A DNA stretch of 64,000 bases from Malacoraja senta (taxonomy: Eukaryota): contig CM075999.1 of the NCBI GenBank assembly GCA_038087875.1, positions 2,606,001 to 2,670,000 on the forward strand, given 5' to 3'. Shown here piece by piece: positions 23,357 through 36,290 of the stretch; the stretch's first letter is position 1, and each line of letters starts with the position of its first letter. The position numbers and the translations under genes are program-made. The notes below the pieces were generated by a model. That model had not been told where the DNA came from and searched no databases. It was given only the letters and a program-made list of their open reading frames with translations.

Positions 23357-26300
23357 GATAAATCTTCACAACAGAGCAGGGGTAACACAAAATCTAAAAC
23401 CAGGGAAATCTTAAATACTTACATAAAAAATACAAATATAACAGATGTCTGGAGGATCGCTAACCCTGTCGGAAGGGAATACTCGTTTTATTCAATGGTA
23501 CACAAAACTTATTCACGTATCGACTATTTTTTAGTGATACAAAACTAATTCCTTATACACTTAGCCCAAAATATAACAATAGCATAATATCCAATCACTC
23601 CCCGTTAACTTTTTTTTTTTAATTAGAAGGAATGCCTACTAATAAATCGTTTTGGATGTTTAATCCTCAAATCCTAAATGACCCACAAGGAGAAATATAT
23701 TTAAAACAACAGATGGAACTTTTTTTTAAAGATTAATGATACCCCAGAGATCTCACCAACTTTACTATGGGAATCATTCAAAGCATTTATTAGAGGATCT
23801 ATAATCTCATATCAAGCTTTTCTAAATAAAAATAATAAGAACGAACAAAGGCAGTTAGAAGAACGAATTAGAGAATTGGAATTAGATAATGCTAAAGAGC
23901 CAACTATAGATAAACATAATAGAATAACAATAATGAAATTTAAATTAAACAAAATATTATCAGCAAATGTCATTAGATTATTTCAAATTACAAAACAGGA
24001 AAATTTTGAATTTGGGGATAAACCACACAAACTTCTGGCTCGACAACTGAAAAAACGGGAAAAGGATCACATGATTTTAAAGATTAAATCAGATAAAGGG
24101 GAATTGTTAACACTACCCAAGGATATTAATAAAAGATTCGCTCAATTTTATCAAAACTTATATACATCTAAAGCGTTAGCAGATAGTACCAAAGTTACAG
24201 AGTTCCTGGATAATTGTAACCTCCCAAAACTCAATTTGATCAAACAAGAGGAATTAGGTGCACAAATCTCAACTAAGGAAATAGAAGAAACAATAAATAC
24301 ATTAAAGAATGGAAAAACACCAGGACCACATGGTTTTAGTAATGAATTTTATAAAAGATTCTACGAGATAATTACACCACGACTACACAAAATGTATACA
24401 TATGCTTTTAAAGAACATACACTTCCAGAAACATTAGCGGAATCAACGATTACACTTATACCTAAAAAAGGTAAAGATTTAGAAGATCCGGGTTCTTATA
24501 GAGCTATTGCGCTGTTAAATACAGATCAAAAAATATTAGCGAAAACATTAGCTAGAAGATTAAGTAACTATGTTAGTAAATTAATAAATCCGGATCAAAC
24601 AGGGTTTATACCCAAGAGATACTCAAGCAATAACCTGAGACGTCTGTTTAATATAATGCACTCACATAAAACCGAAGATCAAGACTTATCAATTATTTCA
24701 CTGGACGCAGAAAAAGCATTTGATCAAGTGGAATGGGATTACCTTGTCAAAGTATTGCAAACATTTCAAATGGGAGAGAATTTTATCGCTTGGGTAAAAT
24801 TATTATATGATAGGCCTACTGCCAGAATATTAACTAATAATATTTTGTCCCCGAAATTTCAATTATCAAGGGGAAATAGACAGGGATGTTCATTATCACC
24901 TCTGCTATTTGCTCTTGTAATAACCGTTAGCGGAAAGTATTAGAATACATCCGAATATCCATAGGTATAATACAAAATACTCAAATAATAAGATATCATT
25001 ATATGCAGATGATGTACTACTATATATCACAAAATCACAAATCAGTATACCAAATATATTAAATTTAATAGAGGAATTTGGATCCTTTTCAGGATATAGA
25101 ATAAATTGGAATAAAAGTGAAATTATGACGATTAAACCTCAAGACCCAACACACCTGTTAAAATTAATTTTTAAAATTGCTTCAGAAAAATTCAAATATT
25201 TGGGAATTGAAATGACTAGAAAATATAAATCTTTATTTAATGCAAACTATATGCCCTTACTCAATAAATTAAACATACTGATTAAATTCTGGAAAACTCT
25301 TCCGATGTCTCTTATAGGCCGAATAAATGCTATAAAAATGATCTTTTTACCACAAATTTTATATCTATTCCAGTCAATACCGATATATTTACCAACATTT
25401 TTTTTTTTTAAATTGAATGCTGATATTACAAACTTTATATGGGACTATAAATCCCACAGAATCCAAAGAAAACATTTGTGTAAACCTAAAGAATCTGGCG
25501 GATGATCACTCCCTAATTTTGTATATTATTACTGGGCCACAAATGTCAAAAATATGATTCACCTGTTGGACAATTCGGCCCAGCAGGTGGATTGGATAGT
25601 AATGGAGAGAGAGGACTGTTCCCCTTTTAACATAGGAGCGATCCTTCTCTCACCAACAAAAATGAAGAATACAATATACAGTAAAAATCCAATTATTCAT
25701 AGTACAATTAGAATTTGGAAACAAATGAAATTAACTTTAAAATTAAGAAATCTATCACTTCTCTCACCTATAATGAACAACCCTTCGTTTAAACCTTCTA
25801 ATTTAGATAAATCTTTTATAAATTGGGATAGAGTAGGAATTAAAACGTTTGGAGATATGTATGATAATGGAAGTTTTTTAACATTTCACCAACTACAACT
25901 TAAATACAACTTGAGTAGTAATCAATATTTTAAATACTTTCAAATACATGACTATTTGAAAAAATATACACGAGAATATCAAAATATGTCTCCTGACCTA
26001 TTAGATGAGATAATGAATATAAAAGCAGAATCAGCTAATTTAATATCATACCTGTATAATTCCATTTTAAACATAGAAATTCCATCATCTGATGGGATTA
26101 GAAGTGAATGGGAACAGGAACTAGCTATAAAAATCTCGAAAGAGAGTTGGGATAAACACCTGTTATATGTGCATAAATGCTTGATTAACGTAAGACATAC
26201 TCTAATTCAATTTAAAATTTTACATAGATTATACTATTCGAAAGTTAAATTAAGTAAATTTTACCCAAATACCTCTTCTATCTGTGATAAATGCCTAACC

Positions 26301-26993
26301 CAAGAAGCAACTATAGCACATTCTTTTGTTTTTTGTATAAAAATCCAAAAATTTTGGAATGAAATTTTTGAAATTTTCACTAAATTATTTCAAATAAAGC
26401 TGAAACCGAATGCAGAACTGATTATTTTTGGAAGTTTGGAGCTGACTTCGTTTCAAAGGAGTTTCCTTAATTATGGCTTAATAACGGCAAAAAATGTGGA
26501 CTTCTAATATATCGGAATTGTTACACCTAGAAGATATGAGATTCCTCTTAGCAGGTAAACCAGACCAATTCCAAAATATTTGGTCTCCATTTATCGACTT
26601 ATTACAAACATAGGGTGCAACAAAATGTTGATAATAAATGGTTTCAGGACCTGGCGAGGGGTGAGTAAAGATATGAAGTAGGTACATCCCTTTCATATTG
26701 TCCTACCTTATCTTATGCTTTCTTTTTTCTTTTTCCCCCTTTTGGTTTTTCTCTTTTTCTTTCTTTTTTTTTTTCTCTAACTATTTCTTGTGGTTTAGGT
26801 CCATATGGGTGTTCCTGGACCACTCTTTGGACCACTCTTTCAATCACTCACTTACTATCATTACTAACTCTTTCTATCCTTTTTTCTTATTAAAGTTTAA
26901 AATAAGAAGTGGTACAAGAACTGTATAAACTTACGTTATTGCAGATTACTGTAATGTACAATACTTCTAATAAAATAAAAAATACAAAAAAAA
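23357..26993 (+). mobile_element. 5'-truncated L1-clade LINE (disrupted ORF2: partial APE, RT, C-terminal Cys motif)
   Basis: YSRIDYF (APE), KTPGPHG, SYRAIALLNTD, DQTGF, SLDAEKAFD, RQGCSLSP, YADD (~25001), CDKC..H..C; frameshifts and stops; AATAAA and A-rich tail ~26968-26993. Confidence 0.95.
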
Positions 26994-28165
26994 GAAACAT
27001 AGAAAAATAGGTGCAGGAGTAGGCCATTCGGCCCTTCGAGCCAGCACCGCCATTGAATATGATCATGGCTGATCATCCAAAATCAGTACCCCGTTCCTGC
27101 TTTATCCCCATATCGCTTGATTCCGATAGCCCTAAGAGCTAAATCTAATTCTCTCTTGAAAACATTCAGAGGATTGGCCTCCACTGTGCCAGAGAATTCC
27201 ACAGATTCACAACTCTCTGGGTGAAGAAGTTCTTCCTCATCTCAGTCCTAAATGGCCTACCCCTTATTCTTAAACTGTGAACCCTGGTTCTGGACTCCCC
27301 CAACATCGGGAACATTTTTCCTGCATCTAGCCTGTCCAGTCCTTTAAGAATATGATATTCCACATCCTAAATTCCACTGTAAACAAGCCCAATCGACCCA
27401 TGCTTTCATCATATGTCAGTCCCGTCATCCTGGGAATTAACCTGGTGAACCTACGCTGCACTCCCTCAATAGCAATAATGTCCTTCCTCAAATTAGGAAA
27501 CCAAAATTACACACAATACGCCAGGTGCGGTCTCACCTTGTACAACTGCAGTAGGACCTCCTTGCTCCTAAACTCAAATCTTCTTGCAATGAAGGCCAAC
27601 ATGCCATTCGCTTTCTTCACTGCCTGCTGTACCTGCATGCTTACTTTCAGTGACTGATGTAGAAGCACACCCATGTCTCGTTGCACCTCCCGTTTTCCTA
27701 ATCAGATAATTATCTGCCTTCCTGTTCTTGCCAACAAAGTGGATAACCTCACATTTATTCACATTATACTGCATCTGCCATGCATCTTCCCACTCACCCA
27801 ACCTATCCAAGTCACCCTGCAGTCTCATAGCATCCTCATCGCAGCTCACACTGCCACTCAGCTTTGTGCCATCCACAAACTTGGAGATGTCACCTTTAAT
27901 TCCATCGTCTAAATCGTTAATATATATTGTAAATAACTGGGTTCCCAGCACTGAGCCTTGCGGCACCCCACTAGTCACTGCCTGCCATTCTGAAAAGGAC
28001 CCGTTAATTCCTACTCTTTGCTTGCTGTCTGTCAACCAGTTCTCCATCCATGTCAATACCCTACCCCCAATACACTAATTTTGCACACTAATCTTTTGTG
28101 TGGGACCTTGTCAAAGACTTTTTGAAAGTCCTGATACACCACATCCACTTGCTCTCCCTTATCCA
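26994..28165 (-). mobile_element. CR1 LINE 3' 1.2 kb including RT remnant
   Basis: VTSGVPQGSVLG..IYINDLD..KFVDGTK motifs; 3'UTR and (TTTCTATG)n tail. Confidence 0.9.
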
Positions 28166-28504
28166 TTCTAACTTACTAAGTTATTGTGTTATTGTGATAT
28201 ATTTATCTGTGTGTTCTTGCATTAATGAGCATTTTAAGGTGCAGGCAAGTGAGACTTTCATTGTTCTGTTGCCGATAGAAATTAAAATTGACTCGACTCT
28301 TAAACCCATCAATGTGGTTGCATGTAGACAACTCAGCGGGTGAGGCAGCATGTGTGGAGAGAAAGAATAGGCGACGTTTCGGGTCGAGACCCTTCTTCTG
28401 ACTGCATCCAAACTTCCCCAAGAAAAAGGGGTGAGAATCACTGGCCTTGCCTGCCCGTGAAGTCCACATCTTGTGGAAGGAAACAGATGCATCAGTATGC
28501 TTTC

Positions 28505-28703
28505 TCAAAAAGCTGGAGTAACTCAGCGGGACAGGCAGCATCTCTGGAGAGAAGGAATGAGTAAGTTTCAGACTGAAGAAGGGTCGCGACCCGAAACGTC
28601 ACCCATTCTTTCTCTCCAGAGATGCTGCCTGTCCCGCTGAGTCACTCCAGCTTTTTATGTCTATCTTCATTTTAAATCAGCATCTGCAGTTCCTTCCTAC
28701 ACA
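28505..28703. mobile_element. Fold-back PLE terminal fragment
   Basis: Inverted pLTR halves; CTGAAGAAGGGTCGCGACCCGAAACGTC core. Confidence 0.75.
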
Positions 28704-28749
28704 GTATGCTTTCTCAACTGGATTTGTGTGGCAACATATTTAAGCTTGA

Positions 28750-29003
28750 ATGGCCACACAGTGGCTCAGCGGTAGAGTTGCTGCCTCGCAGCGCCAGAGA
28801 CCCGGGTTCATCCCGACTACAGGCAGTGACTGTACGTTCTCCCCGTGGGTTTTCTCCGGGTGCTCCGGCTTCCTCCCACACTCCAAAGACGTACAGGTTT
28901 GCAGGTTAATTGGCTTGGTATAAATGTAAATTGTCCCTAGTGTAGGATAGTGTTAGTGTGCGGTGATCGCTGGTCAGCACGGACTCGGTGGGCCGAAGGC
29001 CCT
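28750..29003 (+). mobile_element. V-SINE
   Basis: SINE consensus; 5' part duplicated at 23135-23356. Confidence 0.85.
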
Positions 29004-29029
29004 GTTTCCGCCCTAAACTAAAAACCAGA

Positions 29030-29480
29030 CTGCCTCTCACACTGAGCTACGAGGGACGTTGCATTTTATTGAGCATTGTTCAGAATAATTTACGGCCACA
29101 TTTGCCTCATTTATTGACAACGGGTCACTGCAGAATTCGTTGAGGAACATTTTAAATTTACGCAACACGGCTCCGAGATGGTTTACTCGAAGGAATCACA
29201 ATTTATGGAGCATTGGTTGAATTTTATTCCAATACTCGCACTTTAAATATTTGCAAATTAGCTATGGCTACAACATTTATTGAAGACATTTACACTAGTT
29301 TATCCAGGCTGCACAGCTGTCTGACATCATGGAGCAGTAACTTCAAACCCTTTCCATAGACCAGACACATTGCTATTGATGCGTAATGATCATATTATGA
29401 GTAATTGTCTTCCTTGACCACATGTTCCCATTGCTGTGCATCAATTAAAGGTCTCCTCTGCTTATCGATAACAAAACTGG
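29030..29480. promoter_or_regulatory. Candidate enhancer (cluster of TTTAC/TTTAT homeodomain motifs)
   Basis: Unique block with TTTACGG, TTTACGC, TTTATGG and TTTATTG x3 within ~220 bp. Confidence 0.3.
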
Positions 29481-30219
29481 CTTTTGATATATGTCGGAAG
29501 GAATTGCAGATGCTGGTTTAAATCAAAGATAGACACAAAATGCTGGAGGAACTCCACGGGTCATCCAGCATCTGTGGAGGGAATGGACAGGCGACTTTAC
29601 GGATCTGGAGCTTTCTTTGAACCGGGAAACACTCTAGACTGTTCAACGTTGCGAATGCAGTCTAACGAAGGGTCTCGACCCGAAAAGCCACCCGAAATTC
29701 CTTCTTTCCAGAGATGCTGCCTGACCCGCTGAGTTACTCCAGCATTTTGTATACATCTTCAGTTTAAACCAGCATCTCCTAAACATTAGTTCCTTCCTAA
29801 ACATAAACTTTTTAAGGGTCTCGACCCGAAACGTCACCCATTCCTTCGCTCCACAAATGCTGCCTCACCCGCTGAGTTTCTCCAGCATTTTTGTCTACCT
29901 TTTATTTTCCAGCAACTGTAGTTTCTATCTACACATCAGATTGAACAATATAAGTATGAATTTCGGGGCAAATCACAATAAACACTCTTAAAGTCGACGT
30001 TGCGGGTCGCGACCCTTAAAATGTTTATGTTCAGGAAGGAACTACAGATGTAGGTTTACACTGAAGATGTATACAAAAATGCTGGAGTAACTCAGCGGGA
30101 CAGGCAGCATCTCTGGAGAGAAGGAATGGGTGACGTTTCGGGTCGAGACACTTCTTCAGACTCACAGTTACCTATTCATGTTAAACTTATACTTCTGTGT
30201 TGGTTCCACCTCGCCCGTT

Positions 30220-30578
30220 TAGTTTAGTTTAGAGTTTTGGTCAGAGTTTGGTTCAGAGTTTAGTTTAGCTTACCGTTTAGAGATACAGCACAGAAACAGC
30301 CCCTTCGGCTCACCGAGTCCGCGCCGACCAGCGATCACCTCGCACACTAGCACGATCCTACTCACTGGGACAGTTTACAATCTTTATCAAAGCCAATTAA
30401 CCTACAAACCTGTACATCTTTGGAGTGTGGGAGCAAGCCAGAGCACCTGGGGGAAAACCCACTTGGTCATAGGGAGAACGTGCAAACTCCTCACAGACAG
30501 CACCCATAATCAGGATCAATCCCGGGACTCCGGCGCTGTGAGGCAGCAACTCTACCGCTGTGCCACCGTGCTGCCCCT
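30220..30578 (-). mobile_element. V-SINE
   Basis: SINE consensus. Confidence 0.85.
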
Positions 30579-31399
30579 AAACTGGAAAGACAGCAGAGAA
30601 GATTGAAGCCGTGGGATCATAGGACATGGGGGCAGGATTAGGCCATTCAGTCAATCCAGTCTACCACCATTCAATCGTGACGGCATCTACTTTTCCTTCT
30701 CAACCTCGTTCTAATCCCTTCTCCTGTAACCTTTGACGCCCTTTCTAATCAAGAAGCTATCAATCACTGCCACTGACTTGGCCTCCACAGCCGTCTGTGG
30801 CAATGAATTCCACAGATTCACCGCCCTCTGCCTAAAGAAATTCCTCCTCATGGATGAAAGTGTCGCCAGGACTCGAGGGCCTGAGCTACAGGGAGAGGTT
30901 GAGCAGGCTAGGACTTTATCCCTTAGAGTGCTGGAGGATGAGGGTGATCTTATCGAGGTGCATAAGATCATGAGAGGGATTTTTTACATTTTAGATTTGC
31001 ACTCATTGGTTCACCAGATGAGTGAGGAGATGTTGGGTGGAAGGTTAGAACATAGAACATAAGAACAGCACAAGAACTGGCCCTTCGGCCCATAATGTCC
31101 ATGCCTAACATGATGCTAAGACCATCTCTTATCTACCTGCACATAATTCATATCCTTCCATTCCGTGCAGAGCTCTTAAATGCCACTATTGTTTTGGGAG
31201 TTAAGGCGTAGATCAGTCATGGTGCATATTAGTGACAGAATGGGCTAGAAGGGCTGAATGGTCTCATTTTGTACCTCGTGTCCACAACCTTACTCCGAGC
31301 TTGGAAATATCAAATGCTCGAGGTTGCTGTATATCTTTAAGCTGAGAGTGGCAAAGTTTACAGGAAAGTTTTTTTTAACACAGAGTGGTAAATACCTGA

Positions 31400-32205
31400 G
31401 TGGGTGGCACAGTGCACAGCGGTAGAGTTGCTGCCTTACAGCGCTTGCAGCGCCAGAGACCCGGTTCGATCCCGACTACGGGTGCTGTCTGTGCGGAGTT
31501 TGTATGTTCTCCCGTGACCTGCGTGGGTTTTCTCCAAGATCTTCGGTTTAGACAATAGACAATAGCCAATAGACAATAGGTGCAGGAGTGGGCCATTCGG
31601 CCCTTCGACCCAACACCGCCATTCAATGTGATCATGGCTGATCATCCCCAATCAGTACCCCGTTCCTGCCTTCTCCCCACATCCCCTGGCCGCTATTTTA
31701 ATAGCTCTATCTAGCTCTCTCTTGAAAGCATCCAGAGAACCGGCCTCCACCGCCCTGTGAGGCAGAGAATTCCACAGACTCACCACTCTCTGTGAGAAAA
31801 AGTGTTTCCTCATCTCCGTTCTAAATGGCTTACCCCTTATTCTTAAACTGTGGCCCCTGGTTCTGGACTCCCCCCAACATCGGAACATGTGTCCTGCCTC
31901 TAGCGTGTCCAAACCCTTAATAATCTTACATGTTTCAATGAGATATCCTCTCATCCTTCTAAACTCCAGAGTGTACAAGCCCAGCCGCTCCATTCTCTCA
32001 GCATATGACAGTCCCGCCATCCCAGTTTCCTCCCACACTCCAAAGACGTACAGGTCTGTAGGTTAAATGGCTTGGTAAATGTAAAAAAATTGTCCCAAAA
32101 AGTGTGTGTAGGATAGTGTTCATATGTGGGGATCGCTGGTCGGCGTGGACTCGGTGGGCCGAAGGGCCTGTTTCCGCGCTGTATCTCTGAACTAAACCAA
32201 ACTAA
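31400..32205 (+). mobile_element. V-SINE interrupted by a CR1 3' fragment (~31548-32025, -)
   Basis: SINE breaks at cttcggttt and resumes gtttcctcccac. Confidence 0.85.
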
Positions 32206-32661
32206 AATCCCTTCTGTGAATCTCAGTCATTTTAGTTTGATTAAATCTCCAGGAATTAGATTTGCAACTGCCTTTTCTATTCTTAGGCTATAATCATTAC
32301 TGAAGTCTTAGAATTATTTAGCTAGGTTTCCGACTAGACTGTAAAAAAAGGGATTAATTCAACAGAACACAAAGACCGCAAAGAATTTCTCTGTCACTAC
32401 ATATTTCGGTAATTAACTCGTTATTTTGGCCTCTTGCTGTGATAATTAAATCTGATTGGAGTTCAGGCAAACTTAAAAAAAAAAAAATCCAACGTGCAAT
32501 TCACTTTCAGCATGTAATCGAATTGCCTGTTTCTGATCAAAATTGTTTCATCACAACGTCTATAATGAGGAAATATTTTTGGGTGTACAGTTCCAAGCTA
32601 TTTGTGATACATTTCTGTGAGAATCGTTTTATTGATCTTGCTGGCACCTAGATCACTTTCA

Positions 32662-33042
32662 TGGACCTGTCCCACAGGCAATTTGTTTAGGCGACTACAG
32701 GCGACTAGGCTGTCGCCACTTGGTCGACGGTGGTCGCTATGGTGTCGCCTGTATGGTCGTGAGTGGTCTCCTCAGTCGCCCAAAGAGTCGTAACGTCTTT
32801 CTGGATTTTCAACATGTTGAAAATTTGTCGGCACCAGTGGTGACCGTGGGTTTGACACCAATGAGCGTAACTTGACGTAGGTGATGTCGTAGGTTGTCGC
32901 CAGGTTAACGTAGGTTGGCGCCAGGATGTCGTCGGTTGTCGCCAGGTGACGTTGGTTTTCGCCGGTGCTGACTTCGGTGAATTTCATTGTCGTATTCGCC
33001 GGCAGTCGTCTAAAAAAAAATCGCCTAAGTGGGACAGGCCCA
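32662..33042. mobile_element. PIF/Harbinger-type MITE, family B
   Basis: CTGTCCCAC...GTGGGACAG termini; TCA/TTA flanks. Confidence 0.75.
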
Positions 33043-33589
33043 TTAGGTGTAAAGTAAGCTGGGCGAATTATAATGATGGTGTTCAAAAAAAGGAGCAATC
33101 CGAATAAAACATTCAAATTTAGTTTGTCTAGTTTTAGAGATACAACATGGAAACAGGCCCTTCAGCCCACCGAGTCCATGCCGACCAGAATCACCTGTAC
33201 GCTAGTTCTATCCTACACAATAGTGACAATTTACAGAAGCTAATTAACCTACAAACCCGCACATCTTTGGGATGTGGGAGGAAACCCACACAGGTCACGG
33301 GGAGAACGTGCAAACTCCGTACAGACAGCACCCGTAGTCGGGATCGAACCCGGGTCACTGGCTCTGTAAAGGCAGCAACTCTACCGCTGCGTCACCATGC
33401 TGCCAAACGTGGAAGGTAATGTCACGATGAAGAGTCTCGACCCCAAACATCAACTGTCCATTCCCCTCCACAGATGCTGCCTGACCTGCTGAGTTCCTCC
33501 AGTTGCTCAACTTTGTATGCCACAGATTCCAGCATCCATGGTCTCTACGTCTCAACTCCTATCTTGACCTCGTCTGACCTCAACGTCAC

Positions 33590-34730
33590 TCCAGATCCAC
33601 CCATCTGGTTGACTCAGCAAAGCCTCTAACGTAATCAAAGACCAGTCTCACCCCCAAAGCCCACTCCCTCTTCTCCCATCTCCTATCGGGCAAGAGGTAC
33701 CAAAGATTGAAAACTCACACCTTCAGATTCAGGGATAGTTTCTTCCCAGCTCTAATCAGACAACTGAACCATCCTCACATCAGCTAGAGTACGGTCCCGA
33801 CCTCCCATCTACCTCATTGGAGACTTGGAACTATCGTTAATCAGGCTTTATCGGACTTCAATGTTATATCTTGGCCTGAACATTGCACCCTTTACCTTTG
33901 CACTGCATATGTAGCCTTTTCGTTGACTGGATAGCATGCAGACTTTAGCTTTTCACTGTACCTCGGTACACACAACCATACTAAACTAAACTAAATAAAC
34001 TCTGGGCCTGTACTCGCTAGAGTTTAGAAGGATGAGGGGACACCTCATTGAAACTTACCCAATAGTGAAAGGCTTGGATAGAGTGGATGTGGAGAGGATG
34101 TTTCCACTAGTGGGAGAGTCTAGGACCAGAGGGTGCAGCCTCGGAATAAAAGGCCGTTCCTTTAGAAAGAAGATGAGGAGGAATTTATTTAGCCAGAGGG
34201 TGGTGAATTTGTGGAATTCATTGCCACAGACGGCTGTGGAGGCCAAGTCAATGGATATTTTTAAGGCAGAGATTGACAGATTCTATATTAGTACGGGTGT
34301 CAGAGGTTATGTAGAGAAGGCAGGAGGGAGAGATAGATCAGCCATGATTGAATCGAGGAGTAGACTCGATGGGCCGAATGACCTGATTCTGCTCCTATGA
34401 TTTATGACATAAACCAGCAAGCTGCCCGTATCGAGCAATTAAGAGTGGGATTCGAGGACCAGAGGACATAGGTTTGAGATGTAGGGGAAAAGATTTAGTA
34501 GGAATCTGAGGGGCAACTTTTTCACACAGAGGGCGGTGGGTGTATGGAACGAACTGCCAGAGGAGGTAGTTGAGGCAGGGACTATCCCAACATTTAAAAA
34601 ACAGTTAGACAGGCACATGGATAGGACAGGTTTGGAGGGACATGGACCAAACGCGGGCAGGTGGGACTAGTGTAGCTGGGGCATGTTGGCCGGTGTGGGC
34701 AAGTTGGGCCGAAGGGCCTGTTTCCACGCT
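33590..34730 (+). mobile_element. Rex1/Babar 3' fragment followed by two CR1 3' fragments
   Basis: Consensus matches; RGHLIETY..ESRTRG..QRVVNLWNSLP. Confidence 0.75.
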
Positions 34731-34869
34731 GTCTATAAATGCTGTTCCAACCAGCGAAGCCCAGACACCAGAAAATTAAAAAGGAAAAGTTAAACCAAGA
34801 AAAACACAGGAAGAATTTTGGTGAAATCAGAAGCAGGAGACTGCACTCGTTCTGAAAGCTCTCTCCATC

Positions 34870-35050
34870 CCCTCATAATCAGCTTTAGTCCTGGCTAATC
34901 CTAATTGAAGAGTATCTTCCAGCCTGGTTTAAAGCTACAACTAGGGATTGTGAACTGATTAAAGCATTGACTGAGGCCTGTACTGTAATCAGCTCGCCGC
35001 TCTGTTCCGACTTCAATGTGATCGGTGCTGAGAAACTGATTAGAGTAATG
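34870..35050. promoter_or_regulatory. Candidate enhancer (TAATC K50-homeodomain motif cluster)
   Basis: TAATCAG x2, CTAATCC, TGATTA, TGATTAG and TGCTGA in ~170 bp of unique DNA. Confidence 0.3.
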
Positions 35051-35554
35051 AGAGATGCTGCAGGAACCGTACTAAAGGCTGCATGACCGCAGGACCATAT
35101 ACCCTGGAGCGCACGAGGCTGCAGGCTGACCTTATGGAGAAGTCTCACATCATGAGGGGAAGACATAGGGTGAACGCACAGAGTCTTCTACCCAGAGTAG
35201 AGGAATCAAGAGCCACTTGGGTGGCTCGGTGGAGTTGCTGCCTTTCAGCGCCAGAGACACAAAGGTTCGATCCTGACCCCGTGACCTGCGTGGGTTTTCT
35301 CTGGGTGCTCCGGTTTCCTCCCACACTCTAAAGATGTGCAGGTTTGTTGGTTAATTGGCTTCTGTAAATTGTCCCTAGTGCGTAGGATAGAACTGGTGTA
35401 TGGGTTGATCGCTGTCTGTATGTCGAAGGTGGGCCGAAGGGCCTGTATCCATGCAGTATCTCAAAACTAAATTATTGCCCACACTTCCTTGTGCTGATCC
35501 AAAAGCCTCCTGAACGCCTCTATCATATCTGTGTCCGGAACAGCTAAATTCTAA

Positions 35555-35862
35555 TGGGCCTGTCCCACTGTACGAGAGTTCTCCCGAGTTTGCCCTGATT
35601 CGAACTCGGAAAATTACGGTAATAGCCGCTCGTAGGTACTCGGGGCTTTCGTGGACATTTTTCAACATGTTGAAAAATCTTCACGAGTCTTCACGAGCTT
35701 ACCGCGTTTCCCGAGTACCTGCCGTTAGCGTTACGAGCCGCTAAGAGACGTCCCCGAGCTCCGACGTACCCGCTACGTACATTCTACGTACTTACCACGA
35801 GTTTGAATTTTTTTAAAACTCGGGAGAGCTCTTGAATTAGCTCGTACAGTGGGACAGCCCCA
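35555..35862. mobile_element. PIF/Harbinger-type MITE, family A variant, opposite orientation
   Basis: Interior is the reverse complement of 13340-13670; CTGTCCCAC TIRs. Confidence 0.8.
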
Positions 35863-35969
35863 TTACTTGCAGCAGCACACCAGGTATGTACACATAGTAC
35901 TCTGTAGATACCATCATAAATTACAAAATGTTCAATATATTAAAAAAAAAACATTACAGTCGGCATTTA

Positions 35970-36290
35970 GGGCAGCACGGTGGCGCAGTGGTAGAGTTGC
36001 TGCCTCACAACGCCAGAGACCCAGGTTCGATCCTGACTACGGGTGCTGTCTGTACGGAGTTTGTACGTTCTCCCCGTGACCTGCGTGGGTTTCCTCCGAG
36101 ATCTTCGGTTTCCTCCCACACTCCAAACACGTACGGGTTTGTAGGTTAATTAGCTCGGTATCAATGTGAAATTGTCCCTATTGTTTTTTAGGGTAGTGTC
36201 AGTGTGCGGGCATCGCTGGTCAGCACAGACTCGATGGGCTGAAGCGCCTGTTTCTGCTCTGTGTCTCTAACCTAAACCAGACTAAACCAC
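35970..36290 (+). mobile_element. V-SINE
   Basis: SINE consensus. Confidence 0.85.

Noticed and set aside
23876..26507. Long RT ORFs as an active or domesticated gene
   Set aside because: 5'-truncated, multiple frameshifts and stops; ordinary L1 relic
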